This document shows positions 49,655 through 60,068 of a stretch of 64,000 bases of DNA, one piece after another. This stretch comes from an uncultured Candidatus Rokubacteria bacterium (GTDB lineage Bacteria; Methylomirabilota; Methylomirabilia; Rokubacteriales; CSP1-6), in the NCBI GenBank assembly GCA_963771355.1, contig CAVYTA010000006.1, positions 2,176,001 to 2,240,000 on the forward strand, written 5' to 3'. Each line of letters begins with the position of its first letter. The stretch's first letter is position 1. The notes under the pieces are model-generated. The model had not been told where the DNA came from and searched no databases. It worked only from the letters and a program-made list of their open reading frames with translations. The translations under genes and the position numbers were made by a program.

Positions 49655-51082
49655 CGGCGCAGCCTCCAGCTCGTTCCCTCGCGCGTGTCCTCGAGGACCA
49701 CGTCCAGCGACTCGAGCTCCGTGCGCACGCCGGTCCGCCTCCGCGAAGTCGCGGCGCTTGCGCGCCTCCTGGCGCAGCCACACCAGGGAGTCGATCTTGG
49801 CCTTGAGCTTGGGATCCACCTCGGCCGCGGGCTCCACCCGGGCCTCGAGAAGGCCCAGGGTGCGGGCCAGCGTCACCAGCTCGCCCACCCCCACGAGGAA
49901 GGCGCCCGCCCCCGCCCGGCCTTCGCTCACCGCGGTGCGCGCGCCCTGGAGCGTCCGGGCGAGGTCGAAGAGCACGCCCAGCGCCTGCGGCGTGTTGAAG
50001 TCGTCGTCCATCGCCGCCTCGAAGCGCTCGCGCTCGCGGGCCACCTCGTCGAAGAGCCCCTGGTCCGGTCCGGGTGGCGGCGTGCCGCGCGCGGCGAGCC
50101 GCTCGGCCTCCGCCACCAGCGCGCGCAGCCGCGCCAGCGCGCGCCCCGACTCCTCGATGCGCTCGGCGCTGAAGTCGAAGGGGTGCCGGTAGTGCGCGCC
50201 GAGGAGATAGATCCGGATGGCCTCCGGATCGTGGCGCTTGACCAGCTCGCGGATGGACAGCGTATTGCCCAGCGACTTCGACATCTTCTCCGCGCCCAGG
50301 TTGAGCAGCCCGTTGTGCGCCCAGTAGCGCGCGAAGGGCTTACCGGTGGCGCCCTCGGACTGCGCGATCTCGCACTCGTGATGCGGAAAGATGAGGTCCT
50401 CGCCGCCGCCGTGGATGTCGAGGGTCTCGCCGAGGTGCTGGCTGGCCATCGCCGAGCACTCGATGTGCCAGCCGGGCCGGCCCGGCCCCCAGGGGCTCGG
50501 CCACGAGGGCTCGCCCGGCTTGGTGGATTTCCACAGCGCGAAGTCGCGCGGGTCGCGCTTGCGCTCGTCCACGTCCACCCGCGCCCCCGCCAGGAGATCG
50601 TCCAGGTTCTTGCCCGACAGCCGCCCGTAGGGCGGGAACTTCCGCACCTCGAAGTAGACGTCGCCGTCCACCGCGTAGGCCAGCCCCTTGGCGATGAGGC
50701 GCTGGATGAGGGCGATCATCTGCGGGATGTGCTCGGTGGCCTTGGGCTCCACGTCGGGCGGCAGCACGCCCAGGGAAGCCATGTCCGCCCGCTCCGCCTC
50801 GATGAAGCGCTCGGAGATCTCGCGCGCGGTGACCCCCTCCGCGTTGGCGCGCCGGATGATCTTGTCGTCCACGTCGGTATAGTTGCGGACGTAGCGGACC
50901 TGATGGCCGCGGAAGCGCAGGTAGCGGCGCATCACGTCGAACACGATGGCGCTGCGCGCGTGTCCGATGTGCGAGTAGTCGTACACCGTGACCCCGCAGA
51001 CGTACATCGTGACCTCGGCGGGAGTCGCGGGGACGAAGTCCTCTTTCCGCCGCGTCAGCGTGTTGTGGATCCGGATCGGCAC
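49651..51082 (-). CDS. cysS: Cysteine--tRNA ligase, with a 1-nt insertion near 49729-49731 in this sequence
   Basis: YVCGVTVYD, HIGH, GRPGWHIECS, KMSKS; canonical C-terminus VRTELESLDVVLEDTREGTSWRLRR* lies in the +1 frame. Confidence 0.93.
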
Positions 51083-51090
51083 GGGGGCTC

Positions 51091-51582
51091 CTAGCTCGTT
51101 GACTTCACTCGGACGGCCACCACCGCCATGGCCGCGATGCCTTCCTCGCGGCCGAGGAGTCCCAGGCCCTCGGGGCTCTTGGCCTTCACGCTCACGCGCC
51201 CGGGCGACAGCTTCAGCGTCTCCGCCAGGCGCGCGGCCATCTGCTCGAGATAGGCGGCCAGTCGGGGCGCCTGACAGAGCACGGTGGCGTCCACGTTGAT
51301 GAGGGTGCCGCCGTTGGCGGTCACCACCTCCATGACACCCCGCAATAGCTCGAGACTCGAGACGCCTCGGTAGCGCGGGTCGGTGTCCGGGAACAGCCGT
51401 CCGAGCTCGCCCAGGGCCAGCGCCCCCAGCAGGGCCTCCGCGACCGCATGCGTGAGGACGTCCGCGTCCGAGTGGCCCTCGAGCCCGCGCGGACCCGGCA
51501 CGGTGACGCCACCCAGGACGAGCGGTCGGCCGGCCACCAGCGGATGCAGATCGAATCCAAATCCAGACCGGACTTCCGTCAT
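51091..51582 (-). CDS. ispF: 2-C-methyl-D-erythritol 2,4-cyclodiphosphate synthase
   Basis: GFGFDLH, GHSDADV, FPDTDP, GREEGIAA. Confidence 0.96.
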   Translation of the reverse strand: MTEVRSGFGFDLHPLVAGRPLVLGGVTVPGPRGLEGHSDADVLTHAVAEALLGALALGELGRLFPDTDPRYRGVSSLELLRGVMEVVTANGGTLINVDATVLCQAPRLAAYLEQMAARLAETLKLSPGRVSVKAKSPEGLGLLGREEGIAAMAVVAVRVKSTS

Positions 51583-52268
51583 CGCCCGCTCCGCGCCATC
51601 CAGCGCCGCGCCATGGTCAGATCCTCCCGTGTCGTGACTTTCAGATTCTGGGGGAGCCCGGGCACGAGCGCCACCCGCCCTCCCAGCCGCTCCACCAGCA
51701 CGGCGTCGTCGGTCCCCGCGAAGCCGTCGCGCCGCGCCTTCTCATGCGCTTCCCAGAGGAGGTCGCGGCGGAAGGCCTGCGGCGTCTGCACCAGCCAGAG
51801 TCCCGTCCGGTCCAGCGTGGCCTCCGCGGTGCCATCCTCGCGCGCGCGCTTCACCGTCTCCCGCACCGGCAGCCCGCAGGTGGCGGCGCCGGTGGCCCCG
51901 GCCGCCGCGAGCACCCGCGCGACGAGCGCGGCGGTGATGAACGGCCGCACCGCGTCGTGGACCAGCACCCACTCGGCATCGCCGACCGCCTGGAGCCCGA
52001 GCCACACCGACTCCTGCCGTTCCGTCCCGCCTGCGACGACTTCGCAGTGGCGGGGCACCCGGTGGCGGCCCAGCAGCCGCCGCGTCGCCTCCACCCGCGC
52101 GGCCGGCACCGCCACCACCAGGCCCGTCACGCAGGTGGCCCGGGCGAGGGCGCGCAGGGTGTGGACGAGGAGCGGCGCCCCCCCGAGGCCGAGATACTGC
52201 TTGGGCCGCCGCGCGCCCATGCGGGTCCCGGTTCCCCCCGCGGGAACCACCACCACGGCCTTTCTCAA
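51579..52268 (-). CDS. ispD: 2-C-methyl-D-erythritol 4-phosphate cytidylyltransferase
   Basis: PAGGTGTRMG, PKQY, HDAVRP, QTPQAF, NLKVTT; TTG start overlapping upstream stop. Confidence 0.95.
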   Translation of the reverse strand: MRKAVVVVPAGGTGTRMGARRPKQYLGLGGAPLLVHTLRALARATCVTGLVVAVPAARVEATRRLLGRHRVPRHCEVVAGGTERQESVWLGLQAVGDAEWVLVHDAVRPFITAALVARVLAAAGATGAATCGLPVRETVKRAREDGTAEATLDRTGLWLVQTPQAFRRDLLWEAHEKARRDGFAGTDDAVLVERLGGRVALVPGLPQNLKVTTREDLTMARRWMARSGR

Positions 52269-53266
52269 TGTCCGGACTCCTCGGTCGGAGCCGGCCGCGC
52301 GAAGATCATCCGGCCCGCGGTGGTCTGCAGCACGCTCGTCACCGTGACGTCCAGCATCTGGCCGATGTACTTCTTGCCGTGATCTACCACGACCATGGTC
52401 CCGTCGTCGAGATAGGCCACGCCCTGCCCCGCCTCCTTGCCCTCCTTGAGCACGTGGAGGTGCATGAGCTCGCCCGGCAGCACCACCGGCTTGATGGCGC
52501 TGGAGAGCTCGTTGATGTTGAGCACGGGCACCCCGGACAGCTCGGCGACCTTGTTCAGGTTGTAGTCGTTCGTGACTACCTTGCCCCCGAGGGTCTTGGC
52601 CAGCTCGATGAGCTTCCGGTCCACCTCGCGGATCTGGGGGAAATCCTGGTCGTGGATGCGCACGGTGACCTTGGTCATGCGCTGGAGCCGCTGGAGCACG
52701 TCGAAGCCCCGCTTGCCGCGGTTCCGCTTGAGCACGTCCGACGAGTCGGCGATCTGCTGCAGCTCGCGGAGGACGAACTGGGGCACGATGAGCGTCCCTT
52801 CGAGGAAGCCCGTCTCGCACACGTCGGCCACGCGCCCGTCGATGATCACCGAGGTGTCGAGCACCTTGTAGGCCTCCTTGAGGCCCACCGTCTTCGGGAA
52901 GAGCTTCGCCGACATGCCCTCGAGCTCATCGCCCTTGGCGAGGGTGACCGCGCAGCCGAGATAGCCCAGGATGAGCGAGAACAGCCCGCGGCCCACCGCG
53001 CCCGCCTCGGGAATCACCGCGCCGAGCGCGCTGCCCACGCCGAGGCCGAGCGCCACGCCGGTGATGCCGCCTGCCGCGCCCCAGAACAGCCGGTCCACCG
53101 GCACGCGCCGTCCCTGCCACTCGAGCACCACCGCCAGCACGCCGCAGAGGAAGCCGGCGAGGCCGAGCCAGTGGCTCGCGGCCTTGAGGCCCAGGGCCGG
53201 GCCCAGCGCCACGCCCGCCCCGGTCGCCACCGCCAGCACCCCCAGCCGCGCGATGATGAGCGTCAT
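52265..53266 (-). CDS. Membrane-anchored PIN/TRAM domain protein (YacL-like)
   Basis: N-terminal TM helices, LDTSVIIDGR, TNDYNLNKVA, YLDDGTMVVV, LQTTAGRMIFA. Confidence 0.93.
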   Translation of the reverse strand: MTLIIARLGVLAVATGAGVALGPALGLKAASHWLGLAGFLCGVLAVVLEWQGRRVPVDRLFWGAAGGITGVALGLGVGSALGAVIPEAGAVGRGLFSLILGYLGCAVTLAKGDELEGMSAKLFPKTVGLKEAYKVLDTSVIIDGRVADVCETGFLEGTLIVPQFVLRELQQIADSSDVLKRNRGKRGFDVLQRLQRMTKVTVRIHDQDFPQIREVDRKLIELAKTLGGKVVTNDYNLNKVAELSGVPVLNINELSSAIKPVVLPGELMHLHVLKEGKEAGQGVAYLDDGTMVVVDHGKKYIGQMLDVTVTSVLQTTAGRMIFARPAPTEESGH

Positions 53267-53269
53267 TCC

Positions 53270-54634
53270 CTATCCCCCAAGCAAGGCCTTCACGGCCTCT
53301 TCGACTGACCCCACTCCCTGGACTTCCAGGGGGTGGACTTCACGCGTCGCGAGATTGTTCTGTGGAACGATGGCGGCGGCGAAGCCGAGCGCGGCCGCCT
53401 CCCGGAGGCGAGCGGGCAGTCCCGAGACCGCGCGCACCTCCCCGGTCAGGCCCACCTCGCCGATCACCACCACGTCGCCGCGGACCGGCCGGTCGAGGTA
53501 GCTGGAGGCCGCCGCGATGACGACGCCGAGATCGGCAGAGGGCTCGGTCACCTTCGCGCCTCCAGCCACGTTGACGAAGGCGTCCTGGGTCATGAGCGGC
53601 AGGCCCACCCGCTTCTCGAGCACGGCGAGGAGCAGGCACACGCGGTTGTAGTCCGCGCCGATCACGGTGCGCCGCGGTGACCCGAAGTTGGCGGGCGCCA
53701 CCAGGGCCTGGAGCTCGAGCAGGAGCGGCCGCGTGCCCTCGAGGCTGGAGACGATCACCGAGCCCGGCGCGCCGCGCGGGCGCTCGGAGAGGAAGAATCC
53801 CGACGGGTTCGTCACCTCGGTGAGGCCGCCCTCCCCCATCTCGAAGAGGCCGATCTCGTTGGTGGAGCCGAAGCGGTTCTTCACCGCGCGGAGCACGCGA
53901 TAGGCGTGGTGCCGCTCGCCCTCGAAGTACAGCACGGTGTCCACCAGGTGCTCGAGCACCCGCGGGCCGGCGAGGGTGCCCTCCTTGGTGACGTGGCCCA
54001 CGAGAAAGGTGGCCATGCCGCGCGCCTTGGCCTGCACCATGAGGCGCGCTCCGCACTCGCGCACCTGGCTCACGCTCCCCGGCGCCGACTCCACCCCGGG
54101 CAGGAACATGGTCTGGATGGAGTCCACCACCAGCACGCGAGGCGCAAGCTGAGCCACGTGCGCCTCGATCACCGTCAGGTCCGTCTCGGCGAGGAAGTAC
54201 AGCGACTCCGCGGCCACGCCCAGGCGATCCGCGCGGAGCTTGACCTGGGCCGCGGACTCCTCGCCGGAGACGTAGAGCACGGAGCCCGCGCCGGCGGCCA
54301 GCGAGCGGCTCGTCTGCATGAGGAGGGTGGACTTGCCCGCTCCCGGCTCGCCGCCCACCAGCACCAGCGAGCCCCGCACCACGCCGCCGCCCAGCACCCG
54401 GTCCAGCTCGCCGATGCCGGTGCGCGCGCGCTCCCCCTCCTCCACACGGATCTCGGACAGCCGCTGGGGCCGCGAACCCGGCTGTAGCGCGGGCCGCGGC
54501 GACCGGGCCGGTTGCGGCCGCTCCTCGACCAGGGCGAGGTATTCGCCCCCCCGCGCGCAATCCGGGCAGGTGCCGGGCTTGGGCCCCGCAAAACCACAAG
54601 TCTGACATCGATACACTGCCCGCTCGCGCGCCAT
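53270..54634 (-). CDS. radA: DNA repair protein RadA/Sms
   Basis: C4 Zn finger, GEPGAGKST, KNRFG motif, Lon-like C-terminus. Confidence 0.97.
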   Translation of the reverse strand: MARERAVYRCQTCGFAGPKPGTCPDCARGGEYLALVEERPQPARSPRPALQPGSRPQRLSEIRVEEGERARTGIGELDRVLGGGVVRGSLVLVGGEPGAGKSTLLMQTSRSLAAGAGSVLYVSGEESAAQVKLRADRLGVAAESLYFLAETDLTVIEAHVAQLAPRVLVVDSIQTMFLPGVESAPGSVSQVRECGARLMVQAKARGMATFLVGHVTKEGTLAGPRVLEHLVDTVLYFEGERHHAYRVLRAVKNRFGSTNEIGLFEMGEGGLTEVTNPSGFFLSERPRGAPGSVIVSSLEGTRPLLLELQALVAPANFGSPRRTVIGADYNRVCLLLAVLEKRVGLPLMTQDAFVNVAGGAKVTEPSADLGVVIAAASSYLDRPVRGDVVVIGEVGLTGEVRAVSGLPARLREAAALGFAAAIVPQNNLATREVHPLEVQGVGSVEEAVKALLGG

Positions 54635-55845
54635 CACTTCTTCTCCTTGTCCCCGGAGGCCTTGTTCCCGCCCGTGGTGTTCCCGATCGACGAGCGGATC
54701 AGCGACCGGAGGAGATAGCTCCGCTGGGCCCCCTCGAGGAAGGCGGCGAGGTTCTCGTACACCGTCGGGTCCTCGAGTAGCCCGCCCACGGTCCCTTCTC
54801 CCGCCTTCAGTCGGTCGGTGATCACGCGGAGATTGCTCATGGCCGCCCGGAAGTCGGCGGCCGCCTCGCCCATCGGGCCGTCGCCCTTCTCGCTGAGCAG
54901 CCCTCCGAGGAAGCCCTGGCCTTGTACCAGCCGGTCCGAGACTTCGCGGAAGTTCCGGGCCACCGCGCGAACGTCCTCGGCCACCGGCTTGTACTGGGGA
55001 TCGAACAGGAGCGTGGGCAAGAGTCCCGGCTCGTCGGTGCCACCCGGGCCCTTGGCCTTCTCCACCGCGCGCGTGAGCGAGTCCACCGCCTCCAGCAGCG
55101 CGCGCGCCGACCGTCCACTCTCCGGGGAGAGGAGCACCGCGACCGCGTTGTCGCCGCTCCGCGTGCGCGCGAGCGTCTCGCGGGCGTCGGCGAGCAGGCC
55201 GCTGAGCTGGCGCAACGCCTCCGGCTCCTCGTACAGCAGCACGTGAAGCCAGCCCTTGCCCTTCTCGACCTGCTCGACCACGCGGCGCGCGGACTTGACG
55301 GTGGCCTGCAGGTCCTCCACCGCGCCGGTGGCGTCGAACTTCTCGAGAGTCTGCTGCAGCGTCTCGGCCAGCTTGTTGATGGTGGCGAGCGTCCCTGCCC
55401 CCGACGAGAAGAGCCGCCCCATCTCGAAGAAATCCCTGGTGGCGATCACGTCACCCGGCTTCAGCGGGGGCGCCTCCGGCCTGCCCTGGGTGATCTCCAC
55501 CAGCTTGTCGCCCAGGAGGCCCTGGGTCACGATCTGGGCCTGGGAGTCCCTGCGGATGCGCTCCGAGAAGCGACGGGCCACGGTGAGCGTCACCCGCACC
55601 TTCCCACCCACTTCGGGCGAGAGCACCACGCTGGTGACCCGCCCGATCTGCACGCCGGCCAGCCGCACGGTGGCGCCCTCGATGAGCCCGCCCACCTCGG
55701 TGAAATCCGCGTAGAGCTCGTACTTCCGCTCGAAGATGCGCGACTGGGCGCCCAGGAGATAGATCACGCCGAGAAAGACCAGGAGCGCGATGACGATGAA
55801 CGTCCCGATCCGCAGCTGGAGCACGAGGGAGCGGCGATCAGGCAT
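54634..55845 (-). CDS. mlaD: MCE/MlaD family protein with long helical C-terminus
   Basis: N-terminal TM, GLIEGATVRLAGVQIGRV, GLLGDKLVEI, GEGTVGGLLED. Confidence 0.88.
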   Translation of the reverse strand: MPDRRSLVLQLRIGTFIVIALLVFLGVIYLLGAQSRIFERKYELYADFTEVGGLIEGATVRLAGVQIGRVTSVVLSPEVGGKVRVTLTVARRFSERIRRDSQAQIVTQGLLGDKLVEITQGRPEAPPLKPGDVIATRDFFEMGRLFSSGAGTLATINKLAETLQQTLEKFDATGAVEDLQATVKSARRVVEQVEKGKGWLHVLLYEEPEALRQLSGLLADARETLARTRSGDNAVAVLLSPESGRSARALLEAVDSLTRAVEKAKGPGGTDEPGLLPTLLFDPQYKPVAEDVRAVARNFREVSDRLVQGQGFLGGLLSEKGDGPMGEAAADFRAAMSNLRVITDRLKAGEGTVGGLLEDPTVYENLAAFLEGAQRSYLLRSLIRSSIGNTTGGNKASGDKEKK

Positions 55846-56605
55846 CCTGACCCTGGCGTAGCTCGCCGGCGAGGAAGTCGCGGACGACCTGGTTGGCAGA
55901 GCGGTGAATCTCGGCCGGCGTGCCCATCTCCACGAAGCGGCCCTGGTAGAGGATGGCCATCTGGTCGGCGACCATGTCGGCGAACTCGATATCGTGGGTC
56001 ACCACGATGGCGGTGTCGGCCACGCCCCGGTGGAGCTCGGCGATGAGCTCCGCCACCAGCCGCGAGTTGGTGGGATCGAGGCCCGCGGTGGGCTCGTCGA
56101 AGAACACCACCTCCGGCTCGGTGACCAGGGTCCGCGCGATGCCCACCCGCTTGCGCATGCCCCCGGACAGCTCCGCGGGCAGGAGATCGTCGGTGCCGGG
56201 GAGCCCCACCAAGGCGAGGAAGCGGTGGACGCGATCGGTGATCTCCCCCTCGCTGAGCCGGGTGTGCTCCCGCAGGGGGAAGGCCACGTTTTCGAACACG
56301 GAGAGGGAGTCGAAGAGGGCCGCGTTCTGGAACACGTAGCCCGCCCGCCGGCGCACGGGCAGGATCTGCTCCTCCCGGAGGTTGTCGATGCGCGTGCCGA
56401 AGAGATACACCTCGCCGTCGTCGGGCGCGAGGAGGCCGTCGCAGATGCGGAGCAGCACGGTCTTGCCCGAGCCGCTGCCCCCCATCACCGCCAGGGTCGT
56501 CCCCTTGCCGAGGGTGAGGCTCAGCCCGCGCAAGACCGGCTTGGTGTCGAAGGCCTTCCACACCTCCCGCACCTCGACCAGCACCTCCCCCGCGCGTGTG
56601 GCCAT
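55838..56605 (-). CDS. mlaF: MlaF/Mkl-like ABC ATPase
   Basis: GGSGSGKT, FQNAALFDSL, ELSGGMRKRV, DEPTAGLDP. Confidence 0.9.
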   Translation of the reverse strand: MATRAGEVLVEVREVWKAFDTKPVLRGLSLTLGKGTTLAVMGGSGSGKTVLLRICDGLLAPDDGEVYLFGTRIDNLREEQILPVRRRAGYVFQNAALFDSLSVFENVAFPLREHTRLSEGEITDRVHRFLALVGLPGTDDLLPAELSGGMRKRVGIARTLVTEPEVVFFDEPTAGLDPTNSRLVAELIAELHRGVADTAIVVTHDIEFADMVADQMAILYQGRFVEMGTPAEIHRSANQVVRDFLAGELRQGQDA

Positions 56606-57384
56606 CACCAGAAGAGGATGAGGAGGAGCTTGGTGAGGAAGAAGTCGGAGACGATCACCCCCATCGCCACCTGCACCACGGTGGCGGTGGTGGAGCGCCC
56701 CAGGCCTTCCGTCCCGCCCTCGGTGGCAAGGCCGTTGTAGCAGCCGATGAGGGTCACGATGAGCCCGAAGACCAGGCTCTTGACGAGCCCGGTGAGAAAG
56801 TCGCGGATCACCACCCAGTAGGCGATGGTGTTCCAGTAGAGATACGGGTCTACCTCGCGGTCGAACACTGCCACGATCATACCGCCGACGAGCCCCACGA
56901 AGTCGGCGAGGACGGTCACCAGCGGGAAGACGATCACTGCCGCCAGCATCCGCGGCACGATGAGCCGCTTCACGTAGTTGACGCCGAGCGCCCGCAGCGC
57001 GTCGATCTGCTCGGTGACCTTCATGGACCCCAGCTCGGCGGTGATGCCCGAGGCCACCTTGCCGCCCACCAGGATGGCGGTCAGCACCGGCCCCAGCTCG
57101 CGCAGGATGGACAGCGCCACCACCGGCCCCACATAGCCCTCGGCCCCGAAGCGCGCCATGTTCACCGCGGTCTGGAGCGCCAGCACCATGCCGGTGAACA
57201 GCGCGGCGGTGAGCGCCACCGTCACCGAGCGCACCCCGATGGTGTCGATCTCGCGCGCCACCAGCTTGAGATAGTGCGGCGGCAGCGCGAGATTGCGCGC
57301 CACCTGGGCGGCCAGGAGCCCGAGCCCGCCATACCAGATCACGGACTCGCGCAGGTGGCGGTTGATCGTCTCGGCCCAGGCCAT
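56605..57384 (-). CDS. mlaE: MlaE family ABC permease
   Basis: RELGPVLTA, AELGSMKVTEQIDAL, GGTEGLGRSTT. Confidence 0.92.
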   Translation of the reverse strand: MAWAETINRHLRESVIWYGGLGLLAAQVARNLALPPHYLKLVAREIDTIGVRSVTVALTAALFTGMVLALQTAVNMARFGAEGYVGPVVALSILRELGPVLTAILVGGKVASGITAELGSMKVTEQIDALRALGVNYVKRLIVPRMLAAVIVFPLVTVLADFVGLVGGMIVAVFDREVDPYLYWNTIAYWVVIRDFLTGLVKSLVFGLIVTLIGCYNGLATEGGTEGLGRSTTATVVQVAMGVIVSDFFLTKLLLILFW

Positions 57385-57893
57385 CAGCGGCGCCCCCCCG
57401 ATTCCACCGCCAAGCTCTCCACGAAGGCCTGGAACTCGGGTCGTCCCGCCTCGAACTGATCGACAGGCGCCACGTAGAGGAAGTCGTAGACGCAGCGGTC
57501 TCCCTTGAGGGTCACCGCGTCCACCGCGATCTCCCCGCCGTCGAGCGTCCCCCGCAGTGTGGTCCGGGCGCCCGGGAGGCCCTTCACTACCACCTCCTCC
57601 GTCCGCACGTCTTTCCGGTTCTTGACGCCGAAGGTGAGATGGCGGACGAGCAGCGGCGCCGGCTGGCTGGGCACACGCCCCTCGCAGGTGGCGTCGGCCA
57701 GCATGCCGGCAATGGGGGCGGCGCGGCGCAGCTCGAGGTCGGCCTCGGTGCCCGAGGCGACCTGCCACTCGCGGCCGGGCAGGCTCACCGTGTAGCCCTT
57801 GGTCGAGTGGTAGACGCCGCGCTCGATACGGTCGGCGCTGCAGGCGGCCGCGAGGAGGACGACGAGCCCCGACAGCGCGAGATCTCGTCTCAC
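57384..57893 (-). CDS. Hypothetical lipoprotein (169 aa)
   Basis: GTG start, lipobox LAAAC, fills gap between hisIE and mlaE, TGATG overlap with mlaE. Confidence 0.75.
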   Translation of the reverse strand: MRRDLALSGLVVLLAAACSADRIERGVYHSTKGYTVSLPGREWQVASGTEADLELRRAAPIAGMLADATCEGRVPSQPAPLLVRHLTFGVKNRKDVRTEEVVVKGLPGARTTLRGTLDGGEIAVDAVTLKGDRCVYDFLYVAPVDQFEAGRPEFQAFVESLAVESGGRR

Positions 57894-57901
57894 CTGGGGC
57901 C

Positions 57902-58570
57902 TCACGGCGAGCCTCCGGCGGGGGCCGAGCCGGCGGCGTGGCGACGCTCCAGCTCGGCGATCACCCGGCGCAGGGGGAGGCCGCGGCTCGTCAGCAGCAC
58001 CATGGTGTGGAACCAGAGATCGGCGACCTCCGAGATTACCCGCTCCTCGCCCTCCCCGCCCAGCGCGGCGGTGACCACCTCGGTGGCCTCCTCGCCGATC
58101 TTCCGGCAGATGAAGGCGTCGCCCTTGTCGAGGAGGCGCGCCACGTACGAGCCCTCCGGCCGCTCGACCAGTCGCGAGTTCAGCGTGCGCTCGAGAATCT
58201 CGAGAAAAGCCGGAGCGCCCGCGCCCGCGCGGGGCGCCGCCGCCCCCTCGCCCGCCACGTGCGTGAAGAAGCACGAGCGCGCGCCGGTATGGCAGGCCAC
58301 GCCCTCCTGATGCACCTGCATCAGGAGGGTGTCCCGATCGCAGTCGGCATAGAGCCCGTCCACGTGCTGGACGTGGCCGGACGTCTCGCCCTTCCGCCAC
58401 AGCGCCTGGCGCGACCGGGACCAGTAGTGTCCCGCCCCGGTGCGGAGGGTGGCGTCGAGCGCGGCCCGGTCCATCCAGGCCACCATGAGCACCTCGCCGG
58501 TCTCGGTCTCCTGGATCACCGCAGGGATGAGCCCCGCCGCATCCCACTTGAGCTCCTGCTGGATGCTCAT
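57902..58570 (-). CDS. hisIE: Bifunctional phosphoribosyl-AMP cyclohydrolase / phosphoribosyl-ATP pyrophosphatase
   Basis: [40 protein letters not shown]. Confidence 0.96.
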   Translation of the reverse strand: MSIQQELKWDAAGLIPAVIQETETGEVLMVAWMDRAALDATLRTGAGHYWSRSRQALWRKGETSGHVQHVDGLYADCDRDTLLMQVHQEGVACHTGARSCFFTHVAGEGAAAPRAGAGAPAFLEILERTLNSRLVERPEGSYVARLLDKGDAFICRKIGEEATEVVTAALGGEGEERVISEVADLWFHTMVLLTSRGLPLRRVIAELERRHAAGSAPAGGSP

Positions 58571-59340
58571 GCCTCGATCCGTACCGGCACGCCGCGCTCC
58601 CGCAGATAGGCCTTGGCCTCGCCCACGCGATAGCCCCCGAAGTGGAACATCGAGGCCACCAGCATGGCGTCCGCGCCCCCGGCGGTGACGCCCTCGAGGA
58701 GATGCTCGAGGGTGCCCGCGCCGCCCGAGGCGATCACCGGCACCGACACCGCCTCCGACACTGCGCGGGTGAGGGCAAGATCGTAGCCCTCGCCGGTGCC
58801 GTCGCGGTCCATGCTGGTGAGGAGAATCTCCCCCGCACCCTGCTGCTCCACCTCGCGCGCCCATTCCACCGCGTCCCGCCCGGCGGGCCGGCGGCCTCCG
58901 TGCGTGTAGACGCCCCAGCGCTCACCCGCGCCGGACGGCTCGCGCTTGGCGTCGATGGCCACCACGATGCACTGGCTTCCGAAGGCGCGCGCCGCCTCGG
59001 AGACGAGCGCGGGCCGCGCCAGCGCGGCGGTGTTGAGCGAGACCTTGTCGGCGCCCGCTCGCAACAGGGTACGGATGTCCTCCAGCGTGCGCACGCCACC
59101 GCCCACGGTGAGCGGCATGTAGATGCCTTCGGCGGTCCGGCGGACCACGTCCAGCATGATGGCGCGGTCCTCGTGGGAGGCGCCGATGTCGAGGAAGACG
59201 AGCTCGTCCGCGCCCCCCGCGTCATAGGCCTGGGCCGCCTCCACCGGGTCGCCGGCATCGCGCAGGTCCACGAAGCGCACGCCCTTCACCACGCGGCCCC
59301 CGTGCACGTCGAGGCAGGGAATGAGACGCTTGCCCAGCAC
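58567..59340 (-). CDS. hisF: Imidazole glycerol phosphate synthase cyclase subunit
   Basis: [33 protein letters not shown]. Confidence 0.97.
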   Translation of the reverse strand: MLGKRLIPCLDVHGGRVVKGVRFVDLRDAGDPVEAAQAYDAGGADELVFLDIGASHEDRAIMLDVVRRTAEGIYMPLTVGGGVRTLEDIRTLLRAGADKVSLNTAALARPALVSEAARAFGSQCIVVAIDAKREPSGAGERWGVYTHGGRRPAGRDAVEWAREVEQQGAGEILLTSMDRDGTGEGYDLALTRAVSEAVSVPVIASGGAGTLEHLLEGVTAGGADAMLVASMFHFGGYRVGEAKAYLRERGVPVRIEA

Positions 59341-59343
59341 GGC

Positions 59344-60066
59344 CTAGCCAACCTCGGCGAGGGCACGGCGGAGATCCACCGCGCCGCTGTAGAGCGCCCG
59401 GCCCACGATGGCCCCGACCACGCCGGGGATGGTGGCGAGCTGCCGGAGGTCATCGAGCGAGCCGACCCCCCCGGAGGCAAGTACGGGAATACCAGCCGCG
59501 CGCGCCACCGCCTCCGTGCTCCAGATATTCGGCCCGCCCTGGGTGCCGTCGCGGCCGATGTCGGTGTAGAGCACGGCGCCCGCGCCCGCCGCGGCGGCAT
59601 CGCGGGCCAGCGTGGTGGCGTCGAGCTCGAGCACCCGCTTCCAGCCGTCCACCGCCACCTTGCCGTCGGAGGCGTCCACCGACACGATGAGCCGGCCGGG
59701 AAAGGCGCTGCATATGTCGCCGAGGAAGGCGGGATCGAGCGCGGCCCGGGTGCCCACCACCGCCCACCGGGCACCCGCGTCGAGCACCCGCTGCACCGCG
59801 GCGGCATCGCGAAGGCCGCCGCCCACCTGCACCGGGATGTCGACCGCGGCGATGATGGCGCGGATGAGGTCGACCTGGGCGGGATGGCCGCCGAACGCGC
59901 CGTCGAGATCCACCACGTGCAGTCGCGGCGCGCCCTGCGCCTGCCAGCTGCGGGCGGTGTCCACCGGGTCCTCGGAGAACACGGTCTCGTCCTCCAGGCG
60001 CCCCTGGAGAAGCCGCACGCAGCGGCCGCCCCGCAGGTCGATGGCCGGGATGAGGGTGAAGGCCAT
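59344..60066 (-). CDS. hisA: ProFAR isomerase
   Basis: IPAIDLRGGRCVRL, HVVDLDGA, QVGGGLR, TDIGRDGT. Confidence 0.97.
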   Translation of the reverse strand: MAFTLIPAIDLRGGRCVRLLQGRLEDETVFSEDPVDTARSWQAQGAPRLHVVDLDGAFGGHPAQVDLIRAIIAAVDIPVQVGGGLRDAAAVQRVLDAGARWAVVGTRAALDPAFLGDICSAFPGRLIVSVDASDGKVAVDGWKRVLELDATTLARDAAAAGAGAVLYTDIGRDGTQGGPNIWSTEAVARAAGIPVLASGGVGSLDDLRQLATIPGVVGAIVGRALYSGAVDLRRALAEVG

Positions 60067-60068
60067 GG

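Noticed and set aside
48884..51082. 732-aa CysS-RlmB ORF as an evolved novel fusion protein
   Set aside because: The intact CysRS C-terminus and its stop are present in the +1 frame with a normal GTGA overlap to rlmB, so a single-base insertion explains the ORF.
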